A DNA stretch of 64,000 bases, from assembly GCF_000497125.1 (NCBI RefSeq), contig NC_090600.1, positions 744,001-808,000 on the forward strand, given 5' to 3'. The translations under genes were made by a program, and so were the position numbers. How positions within the stretch are numbered: the first letter of the stretch is position 1; each line of letters begins with the position of its first letter. The notes under the pieces are model-generated. The model was not told where the DNA came from. It made no database searches and saw nothing but the letters and a program-made list of their open reading frames with translations. This document shows, in pieces, positions 61,810 through 64,000 of this stretch. The stretch is from Spironucleus salmonicida (lineage: Eukaryota).

Positions 61810-63108
61810 TCACTTATAACTTCTTTAAACACCTGCTCTTCTAGTTTGTTATAGCCCACCAGGTTTTTGACCAACAGGAATTTACCTAGATGGAATGGGC
61901 TACTTGGATTGCTATGGTCTATTTGGTACTGTACTACTTCTTTGACTTGTGACATTTTTAAGCTAAGAAACTGGTTTATTATTTTCTATCTAAACCTACT
62001 GAGATGATGATTTTTTCTCAACATGATCTAAATTGAGGCCAGCCAGCTTATTCCACTAATCACGTTTATCATATTAATTTTATGGCAAAAACTTACCTAA
62101 ATCTGATTTTTATGTTGGTGTTCTACCATATTGTTAACCTCCCATAGGTCCTTACATTAATTTTGCTATACCTGGGTTCATTTTTATAGTATTAAGCATT
62201 TATGGTTCTTCAACAAATTCCATATCATTTTAACCATTTGCAATAAGTGTAGCTTGACCAGGAAGGACATCAACATCAATTTTAGTAGGACAAAGTTATT
62301 TACGTTGTTAAACAGCATCTGAAGATAAAAGTCTAACGACACCCGGTCGCCTATTTTGCTAACTTAACATCATAGCTCCTATCACGTCCCTGAGATCTTG
62401 CGAATAAAACTCATTTACTTTAGCATATGTTCCTCGTAAAACATTTTTCTGAAGGTCTTTCATATCTCTTCCGCTGAATGGGTGTTTCAACATACATAGT
62501 TCATAAATCAAACATCCTAACGAATAAATGTCTGTTTTTTCATTATATTTTTCACATCTCCATATTTCAGGAGATAAATAATATGGTGTACCAATAGCTG
62601 TTTTCGTAAGATCTTCATGAAGAACCTTAGATACACCAAAATCTGCTATTTTATAAATTGGTTGACCCTTATCAGTTTAGTTTTAAACCACTAAAATATT
62701 TTATGATTTGATATCTCTATGTAGTATTTTCTTAGCATGAAGAAGCTTAAGTGCGTTTAAAGACTAAATTAGAACTGACCAAATAATATTTTCTGGCATT
62801 TTTGTTTTAGATTACTAGTGTTTTTTAATTAGGCCTTCTAGATCACCAGAATCTGCAAATTCTGTTACAATGTAGAGTTTTCCATTTTCTATGAATGCAT
62901 CATAGTATCCAATGATATTTGGATGATATAGAGAAGCAAGAATACGAATTTCATTGAGCTAATCCTAACGATCGCGCGTTGCCATTTTTTAAACATTAAT
63001 TTCCTTTAAAGCATAAATCTTTGAGTCAGCAGATCGTTCGACCAAAGAGACTGAACCATATGAACCTTTACCTAAGTGCTTAAGCGTTCTAAAGTCTGAT
63101 TTTGGCAT
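61810..63108 (-). CDS. NEK (NIMA-related) Ser/Thr kinase
   Basis: LGKGSYG, YALKEI, HPNIIGYYDAF, HRDIKSQN, DFG, GTPYYLSPE. Confidence 0.95.
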
Positions 63109-63169
63109 TTTGCAGATTAAGGAAAGAATACCATAAATCGATTATTATATATATTAAATCACTATTGTA

Positions 63170-63685
63170 TCAAAATAATTCTAATTCCACAAAATCTTCG
63201 TCAAGAAACTGATTCGCTATTTGGTCATAAATCTCTACTATCTCTTAATCCTACTTAACCCTACTTTACTTTTTATGAGACTACTTGAACTTTCTGATTT
63301 AAAAGACCTATTTTTATATTTTAAATTCTTAGTATTTAACGAACTGATATAATTACTCTGTATTTAAACCTAGATCCGAAAAAGCTTTCATGGTATCCCC
63401 AATTATATTTTCAGGCGATTTTTATCTTAATTCTTTGATTGTTTCAGATATAGATTTTTTATAGTCGTTCAAGTTTACACAAAACTATCTTGAAAATTGG
63501 CCTATAAACCATTTGCGGACAGCATTTTTTGTAGAAGAAGCAAATTATGCAGTTAAAGAGAATATATTTTTCTTCTATTTAGGTGTTAAGGTTATTAAAA
63601 ATCTATAAAGCATGGCATCATCTGTAAATTTTTATAGGAATAGCTGCTCTGCAGCTTGATTAAGATATTATCTATAGTCGTACAT
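63170..63685 (-). CDS. hypothetical protein (171 aa)
   Basis: Open frame MYDYRQYLNQAAEQL... Confidence 0.6.
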
Positions 63686-64000
63686 TTAAATAAAAGTATA
63701 AATACAATTGTTATTATATCAAAATTCCCATAATATAAAAAACAATGGATACTAAATGATTTATATATAACTATATTTAATATGAAGCAATGTTTACAAT
63801 AATAATTTATTATACTTTATAATTTCAGTAGTTGCTTTCGTCGCTAAAACTTAAAATATTTTCACTAAAAACTATATTAATTGCTAACTAGTTTGTTGCT
63901 TACGGTTCTGGCTGATCTGAACACAATAAGTGGTAAATGTTATGGTTCTCTTATTTAAATTGTTTTGTTTACAGGTCTAGTCTAAAGTTTTTTAATCTAA

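Noticed and set aside
61698-61955. Track ORF MSQVKEVV...
   Set aside because: Out-of-frame overlap with the NEK tail and the next gene

Overview
Gene-dense eukaryotic DNA from a hexamitid diplomonad, most consistent with Spironucleus (S. salmonicida-like). The assignment is inferred from gene content and genetic code, not from a database match. TAA/TAG are read as Gln and TGA is the only stop, so the supplied ORF track fragments or misses most genes; coordinates here were re-derived by hand with that code. The 1-29 kb region holds single-copy genes: [FeFe]-hydrogenase end, Nudix, proteasome alpha, Vps11, BRF1, acylated EF-hand proteins, TTLL, aspartate aminotransferase, tRNA-Arg(CCG), DeoC, a cysteine-rich membrane protein, MoeB/Uba4-like, Nop9-like and DZIP1-like. 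The 29-60.5 kb region is a knot of interleaved segmental duplications: one direct repeat, three inverted pairs and a fold-back. It carries three identical RPL9 copies, six Myb genes, DJ-1, eIF2B-beta-like, HAD, DHHC and a surface-protein pair. In these duplications a near-identical, usually GC-rich core ends inside a gene, and the same paralogous gene continues as diverged AT-rich sequence. This suggests ongoing (probably GC-biased) gene conversion between old paralogues and possibly invertible segments that swap gene ends. A microhomology-mediated in-frame chimeric gene is also present. The window ends with a NEK kinase and hypothetical genes.
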